Position numbers and translations under genes: made by a program. A DNA stretch of 64,000 bases from Adineta vaga. Lineage: Eukaryota; Animalia; Rotifera. Position 1 is the first letter of the stretch, and each line of letters begins with the position of its first letter. The notes below the pieces were generated by a model. It was not told the origin of the DNA. It saw nothing but the letters and a program-made list of their open reading frames with translations, and made no database searches. Positions 34,528 through 45,969 of the stretch are shown here, one piece after another. The DNA is taken from NCBI GenBank assembly GCA_021613535.1, contig CP075496.1:9362001-9426000 (forward strand), given 5' to 3'.

Positions 34528-36210
34528 ATGGATCATTTGGATGTAGTCTACAGTATTAATCAACGAATTAAGACATTACAAGAAAAAATTGAAAAGTTAC
34601 GAGCAAAAAGTGCAGAAAAAGGTAAAGGAATTGATGTTGATACTGAACATCGTATTGATGATATAAATATGAAAATCAATGAACTAATATTAGAACGTAC
34701 TCGTGAGCTTAAAAGAGTACGATGGAGTGAGAAAAGAAAACCAAAAGTTAAACCAACTCCAACACCTATGGTCGAAGCCTCTTCTCCATCTTTACCAGAA
34801 CCAGTAGTTATCGAACGAACTCCTTCGCCTGTTCCAATCGTACTTCAATCTATTCTTGCACCATCTACACTCAAAGTATCTGATGTACAGGTTGGAACGG
34901 ATTCTACAACGTTGAAAATGGTTCCGACTTGGTTTAAGTCTGACAATGATGACGAAGCTTTGGATGGTATTGTTTATCCAGAAGAAAATATCGATCATCA
35001 ACAGATTGTCACAGTGGCACGGTTTCGAGCAGTATTTGGACAATCAAGAGATTTTACTCTCCATCCATTAGATACGAGTGAACGATCGACAGAAACGTTA
35101 ATACTGTCGCTTGATGCTTTTGCTCGACAATTTGGTGGACAATTGAGTTTTACTAATCGAGATTTAACGTTTGAAAATAGTGCAGAAAATGCTACTTGTG
35201 GTGTACCTAATTTAGGTAGTGCTCATTTACTTGCTAATAGTAATGTACCAACAGCAAATTTTTCATTTATTGTCGAACTTGACTATGATAGCGAACTTGC
35301 TCGTTCAGAAGAAACAATGGAAACATTTATTATTAATTTTGCTGTCGCTATTGCTCAAGTACTTGGATGTAAGAAAGAATACGTTCGAATATTTTCCATT
35401 GATAAAATAGATGGACAACACGGTTTCGTGCAAGTTAATTTTGGTTTAACAACAGCCAATCAAGAAAATACAGAATCTCTGGCCGTTGAATTACAAGTAA
35501 GTTAAAAAATCGTACACGAATGAATAGATTTCTATATGACTTTATTAAATTGTTAGGACATGGCAAAGTCAGGTTTTGGTGATAATGAAGTTCTACAGTT
35601 TGTTCAATTGGGTGAATATGAATATAAATGGCGATCCGTTTTATCATATTTAGAATTAAACCCATCAGATTTTGATCCACGTTTCAATTTTGATTATACA
35701 CGACCTGGTCTACCTGAACAGCAAGAACGCGGTAATCAACCATATTTTTTACCTCTAGGTTGGTATCGTCATGCTCTGAATGTTAGTCAAAAATATTCAG
35801 ATGGTGCTATTTGGCTTGGTCATGATAATAGTTCTGGTGAATGGCCCGTTGCTTTTCATGGTACACATTCCTATGCAGTTGGAAGCATTGCACGACATGG
35901 ATTGTCTGTTGGTACATCGACACGCGATCATATGCTTGAAGAAGCCGTTCAACAGAAAGGCCCTACAATGAATCGACCAGGACTATATCTAACGACGCAT
36001 TGTAATGGGGGTTCTGATGCATACGCAACAACATTTGAAGTACAGAATGGTGATCAAACTGAAATATTTCAAATTGTATTTCAATGTCGAGTAAAACCTA
36101 ATTCATTTACAGTTCATACGTCTTGTGTCACCAAAGGTCATGACTGGCGTGTTGTTGATCCCACGGCAGTTCGACCATACGGTTTATTGCTCAGAAAAGT
36201 GGATACATGA
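34528..36210 (+). CDS. Coiled-coil / Pro-rich / SEA-like / PARP-like ART-domain protein, 2 exons
   Basis: Exon 1 34528-35496, 60-nt GT-AG intron 35497-35556, exon 2 in phase. Motifs FDPRFNFDY, RGNQPYFLPLGWYRHALNV, EWPVAFHGT, GLYLT, FQCRVKP and VRPYGLLLRK. Confidence 0.82.
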
Positions 36211-36576
36211 TTCAAGAAGCAATTACTATTTGCATTTTATTTGATACTGAAGCGTCATAGTTTTACTTGGATAAGATTTTCACGTTTGTTTTTCGATTCA
36301 TATAGTCACATATACTATTAAACCATTATATCTCCACGAATAAGCTTGTATATAGAGTGGAATATTTGTTTGTCCGTTACTTATACATTCAATCTTTGTA
36401 AGTATCATCAGAGCAACTAAAGTTTATATAGTATTTCTTCAAGTCCCGTGAAACAGGTCACGATAGGATTGATGATTTCAAACAAGGAGTAGTGGGTGTT
36501 GTTTCGCATCTACTCTTGACCATACTTCGCATCGCTATGAAAAGATAAAGAAATAGAAAAGAAAAAGAACCTTCCG

Positions 36577-37171
36577 TCATTGAAAAAACTGCAAACAGAT
36601 TACATTGATCTTCTTTGCGTACATTGGTAAGAATTCTAATGCAATCTTTATTTTTAAAAGTATTGAAGAAATAAAAGTGGATACGATTTGTAGGTCGGAT
36701 TATACTTGTTCAATTTCTGAGCTAATGCAATCGCTTGATCATTTAGTAAAATCTGGTAAAGTACTGTACTTAGGTGTTAGTGATACACCAGCATGGGTTG
36801 TGGCCAAAGTAAATCAGTATGCAAGAGATTATGGACTTCGTCAATTTTCAGTCTATCAAGGATTGTACAATGCTGCAAAACGAGATGCTGAACGAGAAAT
36901 TCTTCCAATGCTTCGAGATAAAGGTATGGCATTTGCACCATGGCAAGCTCTAGGTGGATGTAAATTTAAAACTAAAGAACACACTGAAGCAGTGGGAAAA
37001 GTGGGTGATCAAGGGAGATCATTTGGCGGTTTTCGAAAAGGTAATAAGTGTTATACTGATATTTAAAATCGATTAATCATATATAAGCATTCGCACATCA
37101 ACCATTTAGGTCCATCAGAAGAAGATAAAGCTGTTACAGCTGTATTAGATAAAATTGGCTTTTACAAATGA
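36577..37171 (+). pseudogene. Internal fragment of a fungal-type aryl-alcohol dehydrogenase / norsolorinic acid reductase (aldo-keto reductase)
   Basis: SLKKLQTDYIDLLCVHW|…ELMQSLDHLVKSGKVLYLGVSDTPAWVVAK…FSVYQG…RDAEREILPM…APWQALG. Introns 36627-36693 and 37041-37109. N- and C-terminal parts of the TIM barrel are absent. Confidence 0.8.
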
Positions 37172-37715
37172 CGGCTCGTTATGATTGGATTGAGAGAGAA
37201 AAGAGTTTAAACGCGAGTTAAAAATAAAATATATAAGATTTTCGAGATTTTGTTTGTCACCTTACTTTTGATTTTCTTTCAATAAAGTTTAATTAAGTAT
37301 TTACGATGCTGTTATTGCCGTAATAGATAGAGAGGGATATTGTTATGATTGGCAGTCTTTATCTGAAAGAAAAATTAAAAAAATATCAACATCTCTCATC
37401 TCTTCTATTTAGATTATCTTCTTAATGCTGATCTTCTTTAAACATCCGAAGAATAGTTATTGGAACAGTCAAATCAGCTGATAATCACTTTTTACTCACC
37501 TTGATTGAACGTAAAATGGAAAGTATAGTTTTGTATGATTTGCAAATGTGAATCATTTAAATTATTATGAACCGATACATGTAAAGGTAGATGTCATTCT
37601 TATCTATATATATGCATCTCAGTTATGATTGGTAGTTTGCGTTTTATTTAAAAAAAGAATACTATTCAGTTTGTTTTGCATTCTGTTCGTGCTCGCGACT
37701 GAACATGAACATATA

Positions 37716-39464
37716 ATGAATCTGGAATGGTTACCAAACGAAATTCTTCTTATCATATTTGATCATCTAGAGAGTACGGATTTGCTGTATGCATTCTATG
37801 ATCTTAACTATCGTTTCAATCATCTCATTCGCAAACAGTATTATCAATACTGTTTCAATTTCAAATCAGTATCAAAGCGCACTTTCGATATGATTTGTCA
37901 TCAACATCTGCCATTTATAACTGATCGAATCATTGCTCTTCACCTGGATAATAATGGTGTAACTCCTGGACAGACTGATCTTTTTTTGTCATATACACCA
38001 TCATTCGCTCACTTCACTCATCTAAGATCGCTTTCATTCCGTTCCATCAGTTCATATGAAATGTTGATGAATATCCTCGACCAATGTGATTATCTCGCTA
38101 ATCTCATCTATTTGAAATTTATCTCTTGTGAAATACACGATGCAAACACTGACGATCAGTTGATTATCAATAAGATTTGGGGTTTAAAAAAACTTACTCA
38201 TTGTGCTTTTGGTATTTCGAATACTATGAAGTCTATGCGTTTTCATATGCCAGAAGTGATTTCTACATCGATTAAGGATCTTTGGATTTCCAATCACCAG
38301 AACAAAATCAGATTGAATCAGTTAAACAGCTTTTTTGAATACACACCACATCTTCGCTATCTATCGACATGTGCTGCACTTCGTGAAAGTCAAAATTATC
38401 TAGCATCAACGTTTCCATCACTTCTTGTATTAAATGTCAAAATAACTGATGTTTGTAGCGATTTACAAATCCGTCTTTTTCTCACAAGTTTTCCTAGTCT
38501 ATGTCGATTAACTATCAATATCTGGTGGATATTGATTGATGGTCACCAATGGGAAAATATTATTCATCATCATTTGCCTAATCTTCAAGTATTTCGGCTC
38601 AAAATGAATCAATCATTCTTTTCAGTTCACGGAATTACAGAACGAGCTAAAACATTATTAACTTCATTTCAAAGTCCATTTTGGATCGATCGACATCAAT
38701 GGTTTGTTCGATGCTTGACATTTAACAAACTTATTCTCTTGTGTACTCTATCTCATAAATATACAGATATAATGATGACATTCCCTGATTCCTTTAATTC
38801 CACATGTCCACAAGATGATCTACAACAATTTTATAATGATATAAAAAATATTTACAATCATACATTATTTGAAAGAAGCAATTCTTCTGATTTTCAATTA
38901 CCTAACATTGAACGTCTCAATATAAAAATGCCTATTAACGATCGATTCTGGTCCATTGTTCGAAATTTATATCGACTGACATCTCTGACTATTTTATCCT
39001 ATGCTGATATTCATTATGATCAGTTGCAGATGATATTTGATCGATCACCTAATTTACGCTTTCTACGAATTCATCAGGATAATTTGCTACCTTGTCAGAT
39101 GTCATTATTTAAATCTAAATCTGTATCATTTGACATCCTTCGTTTAAAAGGTCAATTACGACAATTCAATCAATATTTCAATCAAGATGAGTGTGTTGTA
39201 TTGACTTCATCAGAGATAGTTGCAAAATGTGAACAAATGTCAATTTGTGTGTTAGATCGCGAAAGTATTGTTTATTTAATTCAAACTATGGCTAATCTAA
39301 AAATTTTATACGTTGAATGTAAAGATGATCCGTATTTTAACAGTACATCAATTTCGCGAAGAGATGATGCATTTCTGGCATGGTTAAGTGATCATTTACC
39401 ATCATGTATGATCAGACGAGAAGTCAAGAATAAATCAGCTATTGAAATTTGGATTGATCATTAA
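37716..39464 (+). CDS. F-box/LRR-like protein (tandem paralog A)
   Basis: MNLEWLPNEILLIIFDHL (first ATG 37716); family motifs IDGHQWENII and FWIDRHQWFVRC; terminal IWI. Confidence 0.9.
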   Translation: MNLEWLPNEILLIIFDHLESTDLLYAFYDLNYRFNHLIRKQYYQYCFNFKSVSKRTFDMICHQHLPFITDRIIALHLDNNGVTPGQTDLFLSYTPSFAHFTHLRSLSFRSISSYEMLMNILDQCDYLANLIYLKFISCEIHDANTDDQLIINKIWGLKKLTHCAFGISNTMKSMRFHMPEVISTSIKDLWISNHQNKIRLNQLNSFFEYTPHLRYLSTCAALRESQNYLASTFPSLLVLNVKITDVCSDLQIRLFLTSFPSLCRLTINIWWILIDGHQWENIIHHHLPNLQVFRLKMNQSFFSVHGITERAKTLLTSFQSPFWIDRHQWFVRCLTFNKLILLCTLSHKYTDIMMTFPDSFNSTCPQDDLQQFYNDIKNIYNHTLFERSNSSDFQLPNIERLNIKMPINDRFWSIVRNLYRLTSLTILSYADIHYDQLQMIFDRSPNLRFLRIHQDNLLPCQMSLFKSKSVSFDILRLKGQLRQFNQYFNQDECVVLTSSEIVAKCEQMSICVLDRESIVYLIQTMANLKILYVECKDDPYFNSTSISRRDDAFLAWLSDHLPSCMIRREVKNKSAIEIWIDH

Positions 39465-39868
39465 CAACGCTCATTATCCGAAAATATATATTTTTATATC
39501 TTGAAGACATAAGATAAGAAGTGTCGATCTATGTAATATTTTACTTTGAATGTGACTTATTGTACGCGTGGAGAAGTCAGTCAATGAATAAATCAAACTA
39601 TTTTACTTTAATTACATAAGTAAAATGTGTGTGATTTTCTTTATACGATAGGGTGGGTAATAACATAATTCAAAGTGAAAGATAACAAAAAACAATGTTT
39701 GATTACACTAAATAAAGTTATCGCACGACTACGCCAGAATGAGATGTCGTTGTTGAAAGATGTAGAGGCCATGATTTGTATAGCCATCACTAGAAAAAAC
39801 AAACAAACAGAAAAGTGTAGTGATTACGATTTGTTTTATTTTATTCTTGCTCGACGAAAAAAAAAGAA

Positions 39869-41611
39869 ATGATCACTTTGGAATCATTACCAAATGAGAT
39901 TTTACTTGCTACATTCTATTATCTTAATAGTATTGATCTTCTCCGCGCATTCTATGCACTGAATTCTCGATTTAATAATCTTCTTTACAAACAGCACTAT
40001 GATCGTTGTTTTATTTTCGATTCTATACCAAAACATATTTTCGATATGGTCTGTCAACAACATCTACCGTCCATGGCTGATCGCATTATTTCTTTGCATC
40101 TCAACAATGAAGGAGGTACACCTGGACAAATCGATATCTTTCGATCATATATACCATCATTCAGTCCATTTACTCATTTACGATCACTCACATTTCGATT
40201 TATTCATTCATATCAAATGATAATGAAAATTATCAATGAATGTCATCAACTTGCTAATCTAATGTTTCTGAGATTCTTTTGTTGTCGACTGAAAGCTAAT
40301 AATAGAAATATGCAATGGATTGTCGATAATATTTGGAGTTTATCAAAACTAACCCATTGTACTTTTGATATTCATACTGTTGGACAACAATCTTTCAATA
40401 TGCCCGAAAAGCGTTCACTATCTATGGAATACTTACATATGTATATTGAAAATCGTATCGAAGCATATAAAATACATTATTTGATTGAACAAACACCTCG
40501 TCTTAAACATTTGACAACCTATACACAATTTAATGTTGATTACAACTGTGCATCATCGACATGTCCAATGATGAATGAATTAGAAATGATAATTAATGGA
40601 TCGCCTACAGTTGATCAAATGGATAGATTTTTGCAAAGTTTTCCTAATTTACGTCGATTAAACATCTATATGTGGTTTACATTGATTGATGGTTATCAAT
40701 GGGAAGAAATTATTCACAAATATCTACTTCATCTTCAAGTATTTATACTGAAGATGAAGAGTACAGTCGATGATGACGAAAACATAGATGTTATAACTGA
40801 TGCATTGATCAATTCATTTCGAAGTTCATTTTGGCTACAGAAACATCGGTGGTTTGTTCGATGTGTCACATTTAATAAAACACTCTTTCTTCATACCCTA
40901 CAGAATATATCTGTTTGTGGGAAAGAAACAATTCCTGATACATTCAAGTCAACATTTCCGCAAGATAATGTGCAGAAACTCTATGATGCAATCACCGATA
41001 TATATACGCAGAATTTTTTTGACTCAATAGCATCATCTAACATTGGTTTCTACAATATTAAGAATCTTAATATAAAAATGCCAATCAATAATCAATTTTG
41101 GTTCGTTGTTTCGAGTTTATATAGATTGAAATCACTGAACATATCATCGTATTCTGTTATCTATCAAGATCAACTTCAGGGTTTGTTTGATCGAGCTCCT
41201 AACCTATATTATTTAAATATTCATCAAGACCAACCAACATCATCTTATACATCACTTTTCAAATGCAAATCTCCATCTATTCGTCATATTTGTCTTCGAT
41301 ATTATGTTCGAAATCATAATTACTTTTTTATGAAAGATGACTGTAGAATATTGGTGCACACATCATTGGGTAGACAATGTGAAAAACTTTCGATATGTGT
41401 CAAAAATCGTGAAAATATTATTTATTTAATTGAACATCTCAGGAATATGTTCTTCCTGGAAGTAGAATGTGAAGATGACAAATATGTTCAAACTTCACAT
41501 GGAGCAGAAAATAACGATGAACTTATTCATTGGTTAAAAGAACAATTATCATCAAAAATTCTCATTACACGAGATCCAAGTATTGGTAGAACTGTACGAC
41601 TATGGATTTGA
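39869..41611 (+). CDS. F-box/LRR-like protein (tandem paralog B)
   Basis: MITLESLPNEILLATFYYL. Colinear with paralog A (FDM.C.QHLP…DRII.LHL.N.G.TPGQ.D, IDGYQWEEII, HRWFVRC, LNIKMPIN). Confidence 0.9.
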   Translation: MITLESLPNEILLATFYYLNSIDLLRAFYALNSRFNNLLYKQHYDRCFIFDSIPKHIFDMVCQQHLPSMADRIISLHLNNEGGTPGQIDIFRSYIPSFSPFTHLRSLTFRFIHSYQMIMKIINECHQLANLMFLRFFCCRLKANNRNMQWIVDNIWSLSKLTHCTFDIHTVGQQSFNMPEKRSLSMEYLHMYIENRIEAYKIHYLIEQTPRLKHLTTYTQFNVDYNCASSTCPMMNELEMIINGSPTVDQMDRFLQSFPNLRRLNIYMWFTLIDGYQWEEIIHKYLLHLQVFILKMKSTVDDDENIDVITDALINSFRSSFWLQKHRWFVRCVTFNKTLFLHTLQNISVCGKETIPDTFKSTFPQDNVQKLYDAITDIYTQNFFDSIASSNIGFYNIKNLNIKMPINNQFWFVVSSLYRLKSLNISSYSVIYQDQLQGLFDRAPNLYYLNIHQDQPTSSYTSLFKCKSPSIRHICLRYYVRNHNYFFMKDDCRILVHTSLGRQCEKLSICVKNRENIIYLIEHLRNMFFLEVECEDDKYVQTSHGAENNDELIHWLKEQLSSKILITRDPSIGRTVRLWI

Positions 41612-42177
41612 TATTTAGAAAAACTTGAATATTCAATGATTACATTCATATTGAGGTAACTTTTGTTTGCGTCATCGTAGATCTATAGTATTAAATTTAA
41701 CTTTTTCATTCTTGTAAAATTTTCTTATCCATTAACTCAATAAATACTAAAATAGGCTTTCCTATTGGATTATGTTGTGAAGAATGTGTTAGATATATTT
41801 CATTTCATACTCGATTATTTTCTAAATAATGATATAAGTTTTTTTTATAAAACAATTTAGTTCCTTTGTTTTTCAATTTTTTACCTCGGTCGTGAAAAAA
41901 TAGAATGACTATATAAATGAATGATTCTTATTTTTCTTTTTGTTCTATTCAAATCTTTTTTTTTGTCGCCCATGAAAAGACATGTAATAATGTAAACATT
42001 TGCTTTGTGTATGATGATGACGGGTGATCGAATTGGAAGAAACCATCAATAAAGAAAGATTTTTTATTCAAACTATTTCAAAGAAAATTCCTATCTTTAG
42101 TTGTAATAAATATAACACACGTTTTTCAAGGGAGATGTCATTTCTAATAAAGCATATAACGGTATAATTCATTCAAA

Positions 42178-42756
42178 ATGGCCAAACCACACTTTTATCA
42201 ACAATTATCGATCGATGATTCTACAGATGCCATGGAAAACTATGAAGACATTTATTATGATGAATTTTATAGTTTTTTATTCGATCATTTATTACAATCA
42301 ATTAAACATATACCTTTTGATGATATTATTAAAACTCAACTACAATCTAATAATTCTGTTTATAAAACTAAAGAATCGAATTCTCTCTATTGGCTTTATA
42401 GAGCTGATCGCAAATTAATACATACAGTAACAATCTATTCATTTCGATTTGCTAATTCATGCCATCCAGACCTTTATCGAATATTTGAAATTAAAAGACA
42501 TCATCTTTTCAAACAAGTATCTGAACCAAGACATAAGTTTGTAGGATGGTACACATACATTGGAAAAGAATTATTAAATCATATCGCAGCATTTCTCAAA
42601 CTCGAAAGAATAGTTCAAAATCAACGTCATCATTACATAAAATTATTTATCCATCAAGAACAAGAACGTTTAGATATTCAATTTCATTTTCCATCCATGA
42701 ATGAACGAATAGCAATTTGTTTCGAACCAGGATATCCTGCTGATGGTGAAGAATAG
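42178..42756 (+). CDS. Hypothetical protein
   Basis: 192-aa ATG-initiated ORF with protein-like composition and AATAAA ~35 nt after the stop. No family recognised. Confidence 0.6.
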   Translation: MAKPHFYQQLSIDDSTDAMENYEDIYYDEFYSFLFDHLLQSIKHIPFDDIIKTQLQSNNSVYKTKESNSLYWLYRADRKLIHTVTIYSFRFANSCHPDLYRIFEIKRHHLFKQVSEPRHKFVGWYTYIGKELLNHIAAFLKLERIVQNQRHHYIKLFIHQEQERLDIQFHFPSMNERIAICFEPGYPADGEE

Positions 42757-43290
42757 ATTAATTTATATTATTCTTTTTTTCTGTAGCAAAATAAATATAA
42801 GTTAATTCTTTAAAATTAATTATTGCACTTTTGTTTCACTATCTTCAATATTTACATTATCTGGAATACGAGTGACACGAATAGAAGAGTTTTTTCTTTT
42901 TAAAAACATCGTATCAGAAATCTGAGGATGATTTATGACAATCATCATGTCGATTTTATTTGATTAGATTTCACAGAGAAGAAAATAAAGACGAATAACT
43001 CTCTCTCACATATGTGAATACTATTGTTATCAATAGTTTGCCATCTGATAAAGCATTAAATAGAAATTGATGCGTCATGCAGTTTTTTTCCTGAGATGAA
43101 TGGGTATTTTAGTTCTACAGCATCGTGTTGCGTTCTTTACGATTAGAATAACAGAAATTTTACTAAATTACTTGATGGAAACTCGATATCAAATATAAAT
43201 AATGATGATACAAGAAAATATGGTTTCAAAACAACATTTAAAAAAATCAAATGGATAGTCTGTGTTCATTTGTATTTTGTTGTTTTAATT

Positions 43291-43560
43291 TTAGAGATTG
43301 CTAAAACATTGAGCTAATATACAGCAACAACAGCAAACTTCTATATTGCTTCCACAGCAATTCATACATTCTGTACAAAATAAACCGCAATCAGCGTCAC
43401 CGTTTTCGTCCTGATTTGCATTTCTTGTCGAATGATCCCGAATAGATATTAATGGAGTAGTGGCATCATATGAAGTATCGAATGGATCTTTAGATGAACT
43501 ATGCGGCTGTTTCGTAGCATAATATGTGGCGTACATGTTGCCGGTGTTAATATGCTGCAT
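43291..43560 (-). CDS. Small protein with cysteine-rich C-terminal (CYSTM-like) membrane module
   Basis: Polar N-terminus, then DADCGLFCTECMNCCGSNIEVCCCCCILAQCFSNL*. Confidence 0.6.
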   Translation of the reverse strand: MQHINTGNMYATYYATKQPHSSSKDPFDTSYDATTPLISIRDHSTRNANQDENGDADCGLFCTECMNCCGSNIEVCCCCCILAQCFSNL

Positions 43561-45969
43561 GTTTTTTTAAATAATACTACACCGATGTGAATAGTACATA
43601 TATATATAAGTGTTTTCATTTGTTTTGAGTCATATGGTGTGATATAGTATCTCTTGTTTCTCCTCTTATCAGAAAATTTGCTCAGCCAGGGAAAATGATT
43701 GCGACTATCATTCAAATTTTCAGAGAATTAAGCTATTTTTTCTTGACTGCACATTGATTAAAGCACTCGTGTTGGAGTAAATCGAATTTTAGTAAACGTT
43801 CTTCGATGACTTTGAGCAATTCTATAAATTTCAACCTGATTTCACAACAGTAACAAAATGTCTTTGATAAATGACAATTGAAAATTATCTTCACTCATCG
43901 AAGTAGATACAACATATGATGTTTTGTTTACAATGAAAAGTGCATCTTTGTGACATTTCTAATCGATTCGAAATACTTGGACAAAAAACTTATTTTCATG
44001 CGACAAATTCATCAGAGGAGAACAAAAAAGAAAAACAATAACATTATAGAATTTTTCTGTCAAACTTTGTATAATCAACTTGTCGCAAATAGTTGATATT
44101 ATCAACAATTGTACTGATTTGTCTGGTAACACTTGAATTATTTCGTGATACATAAGTCATTTGAATTGGATGATCGTTTGTGTCAATGTCTTCTAATGTA
44201 CGTGAAGTTGGAATAGCGTTATCATTTTATACGAAGTTATCAAACATTCATGTAAAAAAAGTATGTTTTTGAAAGAGAAAATAGATTTATATTTGCGTTT
44301 TTCTAACTGTAAATCAGAAGAGAGAAATCAAAAGTACTACACAATTTTCTTTTTGAAAAACATTTTCAGCTCTTCCAGCTCATTTATCGAAAATGACTTG
44401 AAATATAATCAACTGTATGAGAAAAGAAATGAATATTTTTCTAAAATCATTCGATTAAATATGGTTGTCAGTGTATTTTATCGATTCAAAAGTTTTAGTA
44501 AAACAGGCATTTATAAATTGCAGTTCTACATATCCATACGAATTAATCTGATGGTTTCAAGAATTTCCTTTCTCGATTATGATTGTTTGTCCTGGAATTG
44601 TTCTCTTTTCATAAAGATAATAGATACTCATGAGAATCAGTGTGTTGAAGTATAAGTATTTTCTGTCCTTGTTTTCTCTTGTAATTTAAGACATCTATAT
44701 AATAAAATGACTTTATTTAGATGTTTAACATGATGAAATAACACATTCAATGAAAAAGTTTGTCAAGATTTGTTGATAATTGCGTTTTATATATAAAACA
44801 TAGATTGTATCAAACTAGTTTTGAGTATTACTCTATGTTATTTTAGAAGATAGAGGCAGAAAAATATTCTTGTATTCCTTAGAGATCTTCATTCATTTTC
44901 TTTGATGATTTCTTTACTTGGCAATGATAAACAATAATAACACACTTTTGATATGGATTCTCAAGAAAGTCATGTCTTTCCTTTTAAAATGTTTTTTTTT
45001 CTTCCGTTAACTTGAGTATCATTTATTTTAATGATATAGGTGTGAATATTATGAATTATATTTCCTACGAAAAGAATTCTATCGATAAAAATACGATAAT
45101 TAACTTTTGTTAACAAATTGATTAATTCGATCAATCTTATGGATCGTATAAACAAAACAAAATAAATACATTGAATAAACGAGCTTTTTAGTTAAGCAAT
45201 ATTTTTTCAATATGCGTCTTAACTTTCACATAGCCATTCTGTTTTATTAAAGTAAATAGTGAAACTCAATCATCGATACGAATGGTCAATAAAATCTATT
45301 ATATTCGAAGATGGTTCAGCATATGAATACTTCATGAACTATTATGCCAAAACAAGGACAAATAAATATAAGATGATAATTTGTTTTTTACATTTTTCTA
45401 GTATAAAAAATCTCATCATGTGATATCAATAATCGAACTTTTTTATATAAGTGAAAAGGAAATGAACATTGTTGAAAATTAATTTACCATCGTTGACAAT
45501 TCTTTGCATATAATTCGATAAAAACATGATTTTTGGACATGTTAAGAAAACTAATACGAAAAGATAATTATTTTTAAAGTTATATTTATTTCACACAAAA
45601 TCTATATTAGAAAATTATAGATCTACTTTTTTTGACTTGATTTTTTCTAATAGTTTTTCCTTTATTAAAAGAAAAACATGTCTTTTATACAGGATAGTCT
45701 ATGTTTCATTCAATAACTGCAGTATTTATATTTTATAGTCTTAAATTAAAAGTATTTTTATCTAAATAAGTCATTTTGATTTTCACCATTATATATTATT
45801 CGAGAATAAATTGTAATAACCTTTCACCTCAAAATAGTTTTCTGCTGCATGCCAACAAAGTGATAAGAGAAGATTTTACCACTGGTAAGTTTATTACTAA
45901 AATACTTTTGTTTATCCAAGATCATTTATAATAATAATAATATCTTTCAATTTTACATAGACAAGAAAA

